DNA of 64,000 bases from Octopus sinensis (lineage: Eukaryota). A program made the translations under genes and the position numbers. The number at the start of each line of letters is the position of its first letter. The stretch's first letter is position 1. Shown one piece after another: positions 43,996 through 56,583 of the stretch. The DNA lies in assembly GCF_006345805.1 (NCBI RefSeq), contig NW_021832433.1, positions 74,503 to 138,502 of the forward strand. The letters run 5' to 3'. The notes beneath the pieces were generated by a model, which saw nothing but the letters and a program-made list of their open reading frames with translations, was not told where the DNA came from and ran no database searches.

Positions 43996-44426
43996 GGAAC
44001 GAGATTCCAATAGCTCATGTACGCTAACAGACATCAGCACGCAATTTCGTACCACAGCGTGCGATAGAACACTTGAATGGATAAAGAACATTGAAATAAT
44101 GAATGAGAAACTGTTCCATCAAAATTGATGTTTAATCTCATTTTTACGCAATGCACCTGTGTGTGTGTGAGTGTGTGTGTGTGCGTGTGTGTGTGTCTGT
44201 GTGTGTGTGTGTGTGTGTGTATATTCTTATATTTGTTTCAGTCATTTGACTGCGGGCATGCTCAAGTATCGCCTTTAGTCGAACAAATCGACCCCAGGAC
44301 TTATCTTTTTGTAAGCCTAGTACTTATTCTATCGCTCTTTTTTGCCGAACCGCTAAGTTACGGGAACGTAAACACCCCAACATCGGTTGTCAAGCGATGT
44401 TGAGGGGACAAAAACATACACACTAA

Positions 44427-44490
<64 letters not shown>

Positions 44491-44697
44491 ATATGTATAT
44501 ATATATTTAAGTAGGTGAATGAATTATACTTGTATGGAAAATTCGGTTAACCGATACCTGGGTACCAAATTCACGTCAGAAATCACGGTGGAAGCTACAT
44601 ATCAAGGGTAGAAACACCGTGTTCTTGTGTGTAAAGTTGTGTGTATTTTTTATATGAATAAATGAAAGAATGGAGTCGAAGGAATTTTTTAACAAAA

Positions 44698-44796
44698 TTC
44701 CTTTACTCTCGACACATGTTTCGAAGACTCCATACTCTTAATTCCGAAGGAATAAATAGTGCATTATGCCGTCTTCTCTTCAGGAAAGACAAGGAA
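44698..44796 (-). ncRNA. Type I hammerhead ribozyme with intact core, Penelope-like-element/retrozyme style
   Basis: Minus strand: UUCCUUGUCUUUC-CUGAAGA-GAAGAC[42-nt loop]GUCUUC-GAAAC-AUGU-GUC|GAGAGUAAAGGAA. All core nucleotides present; stem II 6 bp; stem I 11 of 13 pairs with a 2x2 internal loop; stem III minimal with palindrome ACAUGU. Predicted cleavage between 44711 and 44710. Confidence 0.8.
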
Positions 44797-44989
44797 CCTC
44801 TATCAGTCTCAAGACGAACAAAAACTTTTTGATGACTGCCTACATTGATAAGTCCTGGGGTCGATTTGTTCGACTAAAGGCGATACTTGAGCATGCTCGC
44901 AGTCAAATGACTGAAACAAATATAAGAATACACACACACAATGTAGGCAGTCATCAAAAAGTTTCTGTTCGTCTTGAGACTGATAGAGG

Positions 44990-45087
44990 TTCCTTGTCTT
45001 TCCTGAAGAGAAGACGGCATAATGCACCCTTTATTCCTTCGGAATTAAGAGTATGCAGTCTTCGAACATGTGTCGAGAGTAAAGGAA
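44990..45087 (+). ncRNA. Second hammerhead copy (inverted), core GAAAC read as GAAC, predicted inactive
   Basis: Near-identical inverted copy of 44698-44796, lacking one A of GAAAC (45064-45067). This could be a real deletion or an assembly indel. Confidence 0.6.
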
Positions 45088-45121
45088 TTTTGTTAAAATA
45101 TTCGTTCGACTCCATTCTTTC

Positions 45122-45171
<50 letters not shown>

Positions 45172-46104
45172 TACACATACATATATATGACAGTCTCCAT
45201 TTACCAGATCCACTCACAAGGCTTCGGTCAGCCCGAGTTTATAGTAGAAGACACCTGCCCAAGGTGTCACGCAGTTGGACTGAACCCGGAGCCATGTGGT
45301 TGGGAAGCAAGCTACTTAACACACAGAGACGCCTATATATACATGCACTCATGGCTGACTGGCGCGGTACCTTGTGTGTATGAAAATCAGTGTATATAAA
45401 ATATGAAGATGAAAAATCGCATGAGGTTCAACGAGAGTAGAGTAGGTTGAGGCCGGCAGAGGCTGGACGTCAGACGCTTTTCGCTTCGTTCACAATGTGC
45501 TTTTTTTTTCAGTAAGAAAACACGATAGCATTGGTAAAGAAATTGGAATGGAATTGGCAAAATCTATCATCGTGATTGTAGCAGAGGAATTTGGTAAAAC
45601 GAACCAATCCTTAGAACAAGAAACATTTCCCCAGATGCAGGAAAAGATATTTATGAGAGTATAGATGGTGTGGTTGCTCATTTGGTGAGATGTCTATATG
45701 AATAACAGATGGAAATAATATATTAACATATTGTGCATCGATTGCCTTAACATACATCGAACGTACTTCAATAAAGCGGAAATCGTAAGGCGGCGAGCTG
45801 GGAGAAACGTTAGCACGCTGGGCGAAATGCTTAGCAGTGTTTCGTCTGTTTTTATGTTCTGAGTTCAAATTCTGCCGAGGTCAACTTTGCCTTTTATCTC
45901 TAATTGAATGCCCCCCCCACACCTCTTCAAAAATTTCAGGCCTTGTGCCTAGAGTAGAAAATAATAAACCGGAAATTACCTTAAAAGGACCAAAGCCATT
46001 TTTTTTTCAAAGCGCAGTTCAAGTCGAATGAGGTCGAAATTATGATGTCTAGTTGACATGTTCATAAAACGAATATACTGAAGTGGAAATTTATATGAAA
46101 TATA

Positions 46105-46510
46105 TGTAAGGCGCACTCCAGAAGTTTTCAGACCTTCTCAAACGTCTGTAGAGAATTTTATTAATTTCAAGGAAGTACCAAAATAGGATCCTCTCAATTC
46201 AATGCAACTGTTGTAGTGTTGCAGTCACTTCGTGGAGGTCCTGTAGAAGTCCGTCCAACGTGAAGATGTACAAGAACTTTGTCACAGCCTCCTTCATCTT
46301 TCCTTTCAGCCTGGGGAACAACATAAGTGAGAGGGAGCAAAATCTGGACTGTGTGGAACTAAGGAATAGTTTTGATTCCCGTCTCCGTTAATTAGTTTGG
46401 TTACCAGGATGGAACCACAGAATGGTACATTGTCCTGGTGCACGAGCTTTGGACTTTGCGACAAAATCTCTTCTTGAAGTCCCTGAAAACCTCCACGAAG
46501 AACACTTTCT
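46105..46510 (-). mobile_element. Mariner transposase C-terminal remnant
   Basis: Frameshifted remains of the HQDNA, GIKT.P.P.YSPDLAP and EAVTKV motifs, then a terminal repeat. Confidence 0.65.
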
Positions 46511-46870
46511 TAACTGACTGACCAGACAGAACCTAGTGAATGTAGATTATATCCTTGCTATGAAAAAGGGTGGATGATCATGAGCTTCCGGGGGGGGGGG
46601 GACTTGCTTCGCCTGGCCCCATGTGTCAGCAAAAAAGAAGCACAACTCATGAATAACGAAAGGTGGCAGGTCAGCTTATTAAATGTATAGTAATGATAAA
46701 CAAAAATTACAATGATATAGGTCAGTTATAATTGCCTGTCGCCCCAAAGTCTCACATCTTATGAGGTACTTTGTCTGTATGTCTCTCTGCTTGTCAGTCT
46801 ATCAATCTGTCTCCCCGTCTGTCTATCTATCTGTCTATCATACTTACCTCTTTGTCTATCTACTCTACCC

Positions 46871-46903
<33 letters not shown>

Positions 46904-47756
46904 ACGGTTACGTATGTCATGTGTGGGGGTGTGTATTTTAGTAATCACCTCCAAATAGTCACCCAAATAAGTTTCATGGCGAAAGGCAGTCAGCTCTGTC
47001 ATTCCAGTTTTTTTAGACATCGTGTCCCTAACACTACACTACCGACTGGGTCGTTTTCCTTGGACAGCATTGTGACCTGAAAAAGGGTTACTATCTGTGA
47101 TTGCAAGATGGAACACTCAGTGTCATACATACCCACGATGCCAATGTGCCGTGTATTTGAATGTATTTTGGTTAGTATCCATTTGTAGTTATGTTTTGTT
47201 AATTCATTTTAACGACAATTTATTTCCATCACTAAGCAGACTACACATAACTGATGAGTTCACAAAAGAGGCGAACGCCTCCGCGCCTTCCTATTTAATG
47301 TTAACAAAAACAAGATTTTCACAATGAAAGTGGAAATTGCTTTTACTTGAAGTTGCTTCATAATTTCTTAAAGTTATCGCAGCCTTACTTGGTGATTGGC
47401 TATCGATTCTACTTAGCTTTCTCTTTTATTTTTCTGACTAAAGGGCGAATTTTACAGAAAAATGTCTTTGTTTCTTGGAATACGTCATTCAGTGCAACAG
47501 CTTCTCAATGAACTGCATTCAAGTATAACCTTGGGGCGAACAAACCCGTCTGAGAAAAATCAGGTAGGTTGAAAATATGCGATAGCTTATCGGGGACACC
47601 CCCCCCCCCCAACACATCGTTAAATCCGTGTATGTACACACACATACAGACATGTGAATATATGTGTGTGTGTGTATGCATATATATATACACAAATACA
47701 CACATATGCATGTGTGTGTCTTTGTATACATGTATACATACATACATACATACATG

Positions 47757-47825
<69 letters not shown>

Positions 47826-48167
47826 CAGATGTGTTCTATAACTTGACTGAAACGAGTTCACACGAATTTTTTTTTGACAACTGCCATGGATACAGGAAAA
47901 ACACAACCACATAATGACATTAGCATATATGAGAATTGCATATACTTATCAATTTATGTTTGCACACATACGCACACACACGTGTATGTATGTATGTATA
48001 TACGCGTGTGTAATTAATAAACACACAAGCAGGCATGTATATATATTCCCACGTATATCTGGAGATTCATGTATCTATGATATGAATACACGAATATAGA
48101 TGTTCATATATGTACACACGCAGACACACACACACACATGGAATATATACTTGTGTACATATGCATT

Positions 48168-48213
<46 letters not shown>

Positions 48214-49779
48214 CATAAATACACGTGTGTTTATGCAGTGATGTATATATTCAGATGTATGCACACTCATACAACACACATACATGGTCTTCGGTTCTAG
48301 ATTTCATCTCACTGCACGATTTTAGGATAGGTTGGCATTTGTAAATTGTGTGAAAAGATTTTAATGAGAAAAACCTGATAAGAGTTGATAATAATATAAG
48401 CAGAATATGGCTGGCGCATGGGTCGAGCTAATAGGAAACAAGGCTATTGGGTTGCATAACGAGAACGAGACAAATAGGAAGCGGAAGTGAGTGAGCTATC
48501 GCTTCAGAGATTAGCAGTATGATACTGTTCATGAAATGCTCGTATCCGTTACCGTCGTTCAGAGGCACACGAAATCGTTAACGCAATTGCACAGACATGT
48601 ACAGAGACATCGTGTGTGTCTACATATATATCAAATACACAAACTAAGATTATATATAAATATATTTATACACGCATGTATATATACATATGTGTGTGTG
48701 TCATTCACAGACATATATTCACCGGATTTTGAGACGAGTTGAAATCAAAGGAGAACTCAGTACGTGACGTTAAAGTGCAATATATATAGTTGATTCTTAA
48801 CGGAATTGTAATGTGACAATTAATCATCAGCTTAAAAAAGATAGACTGTTTTTAGTGTTCTTACGTATAAATACATACATACATACATGCATACATACAG
48901 AAAGGGGTGACACAGACATATGTATGTGTATGTCATATATCGAGTGTTAAACTAATACATTTCTTTGTTGTTCATACATCTACCTTCGTTTTTTGTTTTT
49001 CTATAGATTTCAACTATTTATATATATGTGTATTTGTTTGTGTGTGAGTGTGTGCGTGTATATGGTATATACTGAAATGTTCACCTGTTTATTTCCTATG
49101 TCAGATCAGCAATTCCTGGAGAACCCCGCCCCGCTCGTGGGATAGAAGCAGCTGTACATTTGTAGCATTTGGCATTGTAACTAAATTATATAAGTCACAT
49201 CAGTGATTAATTAGTCAGCTTTGTGTACTTTTCATATTGTCTCGTCCCCTCGTTGAACAAGTGTGAACACAAACAGCCTACGTACATTTTTATCAGCACA
49301 ACGAATACTGGCGGAACATTCCCATCAGAATTTCTACGAATTAATATATAACATACCTGACGTACATATGTGGGAGCGAAAGGCAAACTCATTTAGATCT
49401 AAACGTTACTTGCCCGGCAGAAATGAAATTCTTTAAAAATCAACAAGCAGAAAAATGTTTACGGATACCCGCTTCGAAAATTACAGCAATTCTACCCTGA
49501 TATGAATTTACTTTTACACGAAAAGTTAGTTGTGGTTATGTTAGTAAATCTTTAAATGACAATCTGGAGAAGCTACAACTCACACGCGCTTTACAGATAT
49601 AGTCTGTAAGTGGAACAATAAAAATGTGCAAGACTTTATTGAAATGCGCTGCTATCCAAATCCCAGGATTAAAGCTTTTGGTTATTCTGTTACAAACTAG
49701 CTTTCTCGTCATTCGAATAGATCTAAGAAATAAAAACAAGGCATACATACATATATATATATATGTATATATATCATAT

Positions 49780-50005
49780 CTATATGATTCAAAATGTGAC
49801 CGCTTGTGTACCGTTGGCGATTTTTTTCCTCCGTCTTACTTCCTCGGATCTTTCCTTTTCCTATGTTTCTGATGAAGAGCTCCGCTCGAAACATTAAGTC
49901 CTCCTTCTTTCTTTCCTTTGCTGAGCGTCCAATAACACTATACTTGTTCCATGTCCTCGCGTTGTTGTGTTTTCTCTTTGTCTTTTCATATTTGGATTAA
50001 CTATA
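49780..50005 (+). mobile_element. Repeat end with minimal hammerhead core (probable Penelope-like terminus)
   Basis: CTGATGA-A-GAGC-TCC-GCTC-GAAAC at 49869-49892; stem I not recoverable. The 3' part (49940-50003) recurs inverted at about 7572-7640. Both abut (TA)n. Confidence 0.5.
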
Positions 50006-51159
50006 TATATATATATATATATATACAAACACACACACATACATAATCATGTGAGTCGTTTTATATTGTAATTTTGTGTAAACAGACCAGCACGGGTTGC
50101 CAATCGGTGGTGAGCGATAGACAGACGTACGAAGGGATTCTTTTGTCAGCCTGCGAGATTATATTAGAAGCGAGATTGAACGTAAGCCTCCATGGTTGGA
50201 AAACTAGCTCTTTAACAACATGGCCACACCTTACACATTTTCAACCTTTTTAGCTGCTCATTTGACGCATGAGAAATGTTTGGTTCGCGTACATTGGATC
50301 GATTCTGGTTTAAAAAACAAAAACATTTTTTAGCAATACCTTAGAAGGAGTACCCCAGACGATTTAATATGAGAGCATTTTGAATTCTTATCTACAAATA
50401 TCCAGTGTTTTTCATGTTTTTTCTGCTGCCAACTGCTTGCATATGTTTGCCATTTTGGTAATATGGCTATCAAATTAATTCGCAGATTATGCACTGAATG
50501 TGTCTGGAATCGACATCGTTCAAAAGACCGAGAGAGAAGTGTTTGAAGACTAGAAGCTGTCCTGCATTGAATTTCAGCTTATTTTTCATTAACCCATTTG
50601 TATTTGTAATCGTATATGCGATTGTGCTCCCTCTGAACGATTTTGACACCATCGGTACTTTTGAAAAACATACAGGCATAAGTGTGTGTGTGTGTGTTTC
50701 AATTAATTCGCTGCAATAAAAAGTTGCTAAAATAATTACAAGGATATTATTTCAGCACAAAATGAAAAGAAAAATTCCAAATCCTTAATTATTTTCCGAA
50801 GTAATTATTTTGATGTGATGTTTTAGATATTAACGCTACGTGCCGTATGGTTAAGAAATTCGCTCCACAACAATGCGATTTCGGGTTCGGTTACCATGCA
50901 TGGAATCTTCGGAAATATCATTTTTTTTTTATCTATATCCTTTGGGAGATAATGGGTGGACGAAAACAGTACAGAATCCGTCAGTTGGATTCTGTTTGCA
51001 ATTTAAAAGGTACAACCTTATTGCAGTCACTGCGACACGCCGATTCATTTCTACTCTAGGCACAAGGACCACAACTCGTACTTAATTTATCGACACCGAA
51101 AGGATGAAAGGTAAAGTCGATATCGGCGGAATTTGAACTCAGAACATAAGAAAGACGAA

Positions 51160-51385
51160 ATACCTATTTCTTTATTATCCACAATGGGCTAAACATAGAG
51201 GGGACAAACAAGGACAGACAAACGGATTAAGTCGATTATATCGACCCTAGTGCGTAACTGGTACTTATTTAATCGACCCCGAAAGGATGAAAGGCAAAGT
51301 CGACCTCGGCAGAATTTGAACTCAGAACGTAGCGGCAGACGAAATACCGCAAAGCATTTCGCCCGGCGTACTAACGTTTCGCCGA
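51160..51385 (-). mobile_element. SINE family B, near-intact copy
   Basis: Reverse complement closely matches 3522-3751; a partial second copy lies at about 51075-51160. Confidence 0.85.
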
Positions 51386-51977
51386 TTCTCTCAGAAAATT
51401 ACATTAAGCGTACCCATATTTGTGGCATATTTTTACGTGAATTCAAGGGCAGATAATTCAATTGATCGATCAACCGAATCCTCGTCCTCTAGGACGGATA
51501 TCCACAACCATCACCAAATATATAATGAACATGTTCTACAATGTGAGCCCAGATAACCAAAGACTAACGATTGTGCACTTTGAAGATCTTTTAACATAGG
51601 CTAGCTTAGAGATAATGAAGGGCAGTGGTTATCAGTTGGGGGTACTTGTGAACTTTAGCGGTCCATATGATTCTCCTTGTGGGTCCATAAAAGATTTTGC
51701 TGCTAAAATTTATAATTTTATTTACTAAATTTTATTACTTATACATGCTTCTAGAAAATACAAAATATTTTAACATTTTTTTATGAGTTTCCTAATAATA
51801 TTTAATTATAAAAATATGATTCCTTTAAACATCGAATGGCAACGAGTAAAACAGGAATTAAAGATGTCCATTGGTTAAAGATTGTTGAGAGCAAGTGATC
51901 TTCAGTCATGGCCGAAACTTTGGATTATCGGTCTAAAAAATGAGAATTTGCGTATTAAATAGCCCCGAATATATTGT

Positions 51978-52508
51978 TGGCATCCTTTTTGTCTCGGGAG
52001 ACAATGGAGTTGCATAAAATAATCTAGTCCGGCCTTTACATTTCATGTCCTAATACATCTCCTGCTGTGGCTGTGTAGTCCTATCATGGACAAACACTCA
52101 CCCTGGCAGGTGCCGCAAGTGTAGCAAAGACTGTTCCTGGCTGGTTGTAATGTCATAGTTTCTTGTTGACGTCTTTTGTCTTTCCATTTCTCCTCTCTCC
52201 CTCTGTCACTCCATTGTGTTCCCTCTTTTACGGTACGTCGCCAATCTCCACGGTTGCTGGCGACTGCTTCCCAGTCGCTAATATTGATGTTGCAGGCCTT
52301 CATGTCCCTTTTGCAAACATCCGTGTATCGTAAGAACGGTCTTTCCCACAGACCTAGTGCCCCTAGCAAGCTCTCCGTTGAGTATGTCCTTGGGATACTA
52401 CAATCTTTCATATGGCTATCATGTCCAAGCCATCTCATCTTTGGCATCAAATGGTAGAATCATGTCCCCAACAAAGATGTCCTCAAGCAAGCAGGAAACC
52501 AAGCACGT
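51978..52508 (-). mobile_element. 5'-truncated RTE-like LINE with target-site duplication
   Basis: RWLGH.SHMKDCSIP....RPFLRYTDVCKRDMKACNINISDWEAVASNRGDWRRTVKEG...CGTCQGECLSMIGLHSHSRRC*. Direct repeat TAGCCCCGAATATAT at 51960 and 52509. Confidence 0.85.
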
Positions 52509-53350
52509 TAGCCCCGAATATATATTGTATACACATGGATTGGATTGTGCTTGAACATAACAATTCCATGTTTTTGTTTTAATGTTTTAAACTTTTGGCC
52601 ACGACTGAAGGGCGCAAATTCATGTGCGTGTGAGAGGCAATGTATGTTTGGATATGTGCTTTTGTGAAAGTGCATATGTGAGGATCAACAGGTGTATATC
52701 TGAGCGCACACATGTGTGAAAAACAGATATAGTGTGTGTGCGTGTGTGTGTGATGGTCACTGGGTGTATGCGTTTGTGTGCGTGAGTGAATGAATATATG
52801 TGCGAATGTGATTATATTATGTTTGTGTGAGAATTTGGTGCCGAGGAGACGGGTCTGGGGATCAATCCCCACCCGGAGACTCGGCCCAAATAATCCAAGG
52901 GTGCCTGGTGATAATGTAAACGCAACGGGAGATTAGGTCCCAGCAACCGAATAAACAATGGCGGGATTTGAACGCAGAACATTCCAAGAAAATACTGGAT
53001 TGGAACTTGATATATTTTTTTTTTATCGACCCCTGAAAGGTTGAAATACGAAGTAGACATCGGCAGAATTTGAAGTTGAGTGCAAGAGAGTTGGAACTGA
53101 CGCCACAAGGGATTCACCCCGACCTTCTAACGACTCCACCACTTTGCCGCCGAAACAATGAGGTTTGTGAATTTGTATGTGTGTGTGCGTGTGTGGTTGA
53201 GTGTGCATGTATGCACGTGATTGTGTTTCCATGAATGGGTATCTGGGTGTTCGGGTGAGAGAGAGAAAGAGGGTGTGTGTGTGTGCGTGTGTCTTTGTAC
53301 TCTGATGTGAGAAGTCTTGTGTTTGAGTGCCCAGGTGGCTTTGAACACTG

Positions 53351-53411
<61 letters not shown>

Positions 53412-53546
53412 TGTGTGTGTGTCTGTGCATGTGTGTCTGTTGATGAAAGGTATATATGCAAACGAGAAATGTATAGTTGTGTTCTGTAAGTTTGTGCATG
53501 CTTGATTTTCTGCTTGGTGAGTGTCAGGGCATTGTGTGTATGTATG

Positions 53547-53595
<49 letters not shown>

Positions 53596-53785
53596 TATGT
53601 GTGTGTCTAAGAGAGCGTGCATGTGATTGCATGTGGATGTGTAATTGCGTGAAGTGTATGATGGTAGACGAACGTTAAGTAATATAGTATTTGGGTGTGA
53701 ACGAGTGCAAGTTGTGTCTTTGAATGAGTTAGAGAATGAATGTATAGAATAGTCATGTGCGTATACACACACACATACACACACA

Positions 53786-54033
53786 CAGGGTGTTCAAAAA
53801 GTCTCTCCGCAGTAAGTATTTTATTGAAAAATAAATATTTATAAGATGGTATAAGACTACAAAAAGAATATATTAGACTTTACGAGACTTTAGAAAACTT
53901 TATAAGAGGCGCAGAAAGTTTCGTCCTTCATTATCAATATAGAAGTTGAATCTTCTACACATGTTTTGAAATATATATCTTGGAGAGTTAGAATGAAAAG
54001 AATTCACTGCGGAGAAACTTTTTGAACAGCCTG
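53786..54033. mobile_element. Tc1/mariner-type MITE
   Basis: TIRs CAGGGTGTTCAAAAAGTCTCTCCGCAGT and ACTGCGGAGAAACTTTTTGAACAGCCTG; TA on the right side. Confidence 0.8.
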
Positions 54034-54828
54034 TAAGTTAGTGAGCACGTGTGTGTTGGCGTGTGTGTGAGGTTCGTGTGAGTATCATGTGTGCGTGCGT
54101 ATTGGCGTGCATGTGTTCGTCTCTATGCACGTCTGTGTTATATACGTACGTGTTTCTGTGTGAGAACAGCAGCTACTTAGCCAAGTACTTGTTAATAATT
54201 AAATAGCGGCTCATTATTTATAGATCGCTAATTTAACGAGCCGCCATTTTAACAGAAGTAGAAAAGTGGTGACGATTCAAAAACTTATAATTAGATTAGT
54301 TAATATTGTTTTGGGTCGGATATATGACCTTAATTAACGTTGCAGATGGTCGGTTCGTTGGAGCGAACGACAAGAAGAGGAGAAAAACCAGAAGCGTGTG
54401 TTGATGCGAAACACATACATACGCACTCAAACATACGCACACCACACACACGTAAACATTCGTGACAAACATCCAAAAATGACCATTTGCTTGATTAACA
54501 AACTCTCTTCATTCACCAACACGCTATATCTGTTTGTTCTCTCGGTGACTTGCCAAGTACAGGGCAGTCCCTATCTACGTGTTCTCTGTCTGAGCTACTA
54601 GAGAAATAATAGCTTCTTCTCGCTCTCTCTCTCTTTTCACTGTTGTGTTTTTTTTATAAAAATGAAAAGATGCGTTGCTTAATTAAATCCTGAACACAAA
54701 GCTGCAAGATCGATTTCAAGCAAAAGAAAAAAAAATAGCGGAAAGTTTTCAAACACGAGCGGACTGCATTAGAAAACGGAAAATATGAGAACTATACGAG
54801 TAAATTTAAACGTACACATGTGTGCGTA

Positions 54829-54862
<34 letters not shown>

Positions 54863-55315
54863 TGTGTAAATGTTAAACAAAATCCGAAAACAACTTGAAG
54901 GCGATGAGCTGTAAGAATCATTATCACGCAAGATAAATTGATTAGAAGTATTTCCTCCGATTCCTAACGTTCCGGGATCAAATAGCGACGTGGTCAACTT
55001 TGCTTTTATTTCATCCTTTCACGCTCGATAAAATAAAGTACCAGTGAAGTACTGCAGTCACCGAAATCGATTCACCCGTGACTGCCCACTGCTAAATTGC
55101 TTGCTTTCGGACAGAATTTAACAATTATTTTTTAAAGCAAATTTAAGAATAACAACGGAACATTTACTTAATGAGGAGAACTCAATACTCAAGAGTATGG
55201 GTAGAAAAATTCGAGCTGATTGGGACTTCATAACACACGCATGCATATGTATGTGTACGTATATACATATATACGTATGTATGTGTGTATGTCTGTATGT
55301 ATGTATGTATGTATG

Positions 55316-55347
<32 letters not shown>

Positions 55348-55889
55348 GTATGTATGTATGTATTTATATATATATATATATACACGTGTTTGTGTGTGTG
55401 TGTAAAATGCGCGCGCAGGTGTAGGTATGTGGTGATAATTTTGCTTTCCAGCCACATGGCTCTGTGTTCAGTCCTACTCTGTAGCACCTTAGACAGGTGT
55501 CTTCTGCTACAGCTTCGGACCGACCAAAGCGTTGTGAGCTGATCTGGTACACGGAAGCTGGAAAAAGCCCGTCGTACACATGTATATGTGTGTGTGCGCG
55601 CGCACATTTCGAATAGTGGGCGAGGGTGGGGCAAACGCAAACGCGTATCCCTTTAGCGGTTCGGGAAAAGGGCTGATAGAATAAATTTAAGACTCAAAAA
55701 GGAAGTCCTGGGACCGATTTGCTCGACAGAGCCCATGGAGGAAGTGATCCAGCATGGCTGCAGTCTAAGTAAAAGACGAAATATAATATGTAGATGTGTA
55801 TTGCTGTTTTTTCGAATAGTTACGAATTTCGCTTCGTCCACATGAATTCTGGTTTCGCGGGACATCTTGGGCAAATGTTATTTTCTATA

Positions 55890-56480
55890 GTCATTGACGC
55901 TCGAACTATCTTTTGGGAGTAAAACTGAGTAGAAGTCTGTAGTGAGGATTGTACTTACAGTTCGAAAGCTACAACCTTGTCACACACTTTGTCTCATTGA
56001 TTCTGCCTGAGAATAATTCCTGCAAGGGCACCTCTTTCTGTGGAATACTTATGATGAGATTCCTTACTGTTTCTGTCTTTCAAATTCACGTGGCGGCTAT
56101 CCAAAGTACCGCACATCAGGTCTGAGTCTGAAACTTATGTCATTGCGAAAGGGTCTCCTAAAGACAAAGGCACATCTGCGCCTGTTATATATGTATTCTC
56201 AATCAGGGTCACCATGCATAGACTCAATGCTATTTCTCCTACAACAATTCGATCTCCTCCCCTAACTGATGCACTGCTTTAGATCTTGATGGAGTCGTGC
56301 AGTACCACATCACCACTGCCTACAATATCACTTAGTTATTATATACAGCACCAAGTAAACATCGCTCACATTTAGCGGTGTCTACTCCTTTGTAATAAAT
56401 CGACCAAACCTCAAGTCCAAAGGTTACTCTTCCACAGTTTAACATCGATCACAGAGCTTCCAAAAACGGGAGAAAGGTTG
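55890..56480 (-). mobile_element. Highly decayed LINE-like remnant (possibly Tx1)
   Basis: Non-repetitive, coding-like composition with many stops; only weak resemblance to Tx1 ORF2. Confidence 0.25.
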
Positions 56481-56583
56481 TTCTAGAGTTAGCCTTCACT
56501 CTTCAGAGCGTGGATTTGGAGTGAAATGTGACAGCACGATACATGATGATAATGAGAAAAAATATGGAAAATATTGTAGGTAC

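Larger units (their letters stand above)
44658..45127. repeat. ~190-bp inverted repeat (arms 44658-44847 and 44939-45127) with 91-nt loop
   Basis: Arms are reverse complements with only a few mismatches or indels by eye. The loop is the reverse complement of about 44212-44305. Confidence 0.95.
44221..45335 (-). mobile_element. SINE family A split at its internal (TA)n by the hammerhead inverted-repeat insert
   Basis: 3' half at 44221-44425 and 5' half at 45187-45335 in the same orientation, with TA runs on both sides of the about 44505-45127 insert. Confidence 0.8.

Noticed and set aside
44766-45383. 205-aa plus-strand ORF
   Set aside because: Runs through the inverted repeat, a TA run and a SINE half; a chance open frame.
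45508-45665. Plus-strand acceptor followed by a 50-codon open frame (VRKHDSIGKEIG...)
   Set aside because: No recognisable motif, no convincing donor and no partner exons.
46842-46850. Consensus donor GAG|GTAAGT on the minus strand (possible recursive splice site)
   Set aside because: No polypyrimidine tract upstream; the context is a GA/GACA microsatellite.
47251-47285. CTGATGA-GTTC...GAAC hammerhead-like start
   Set aside because: No GAAA after the stem and no stems I or III.
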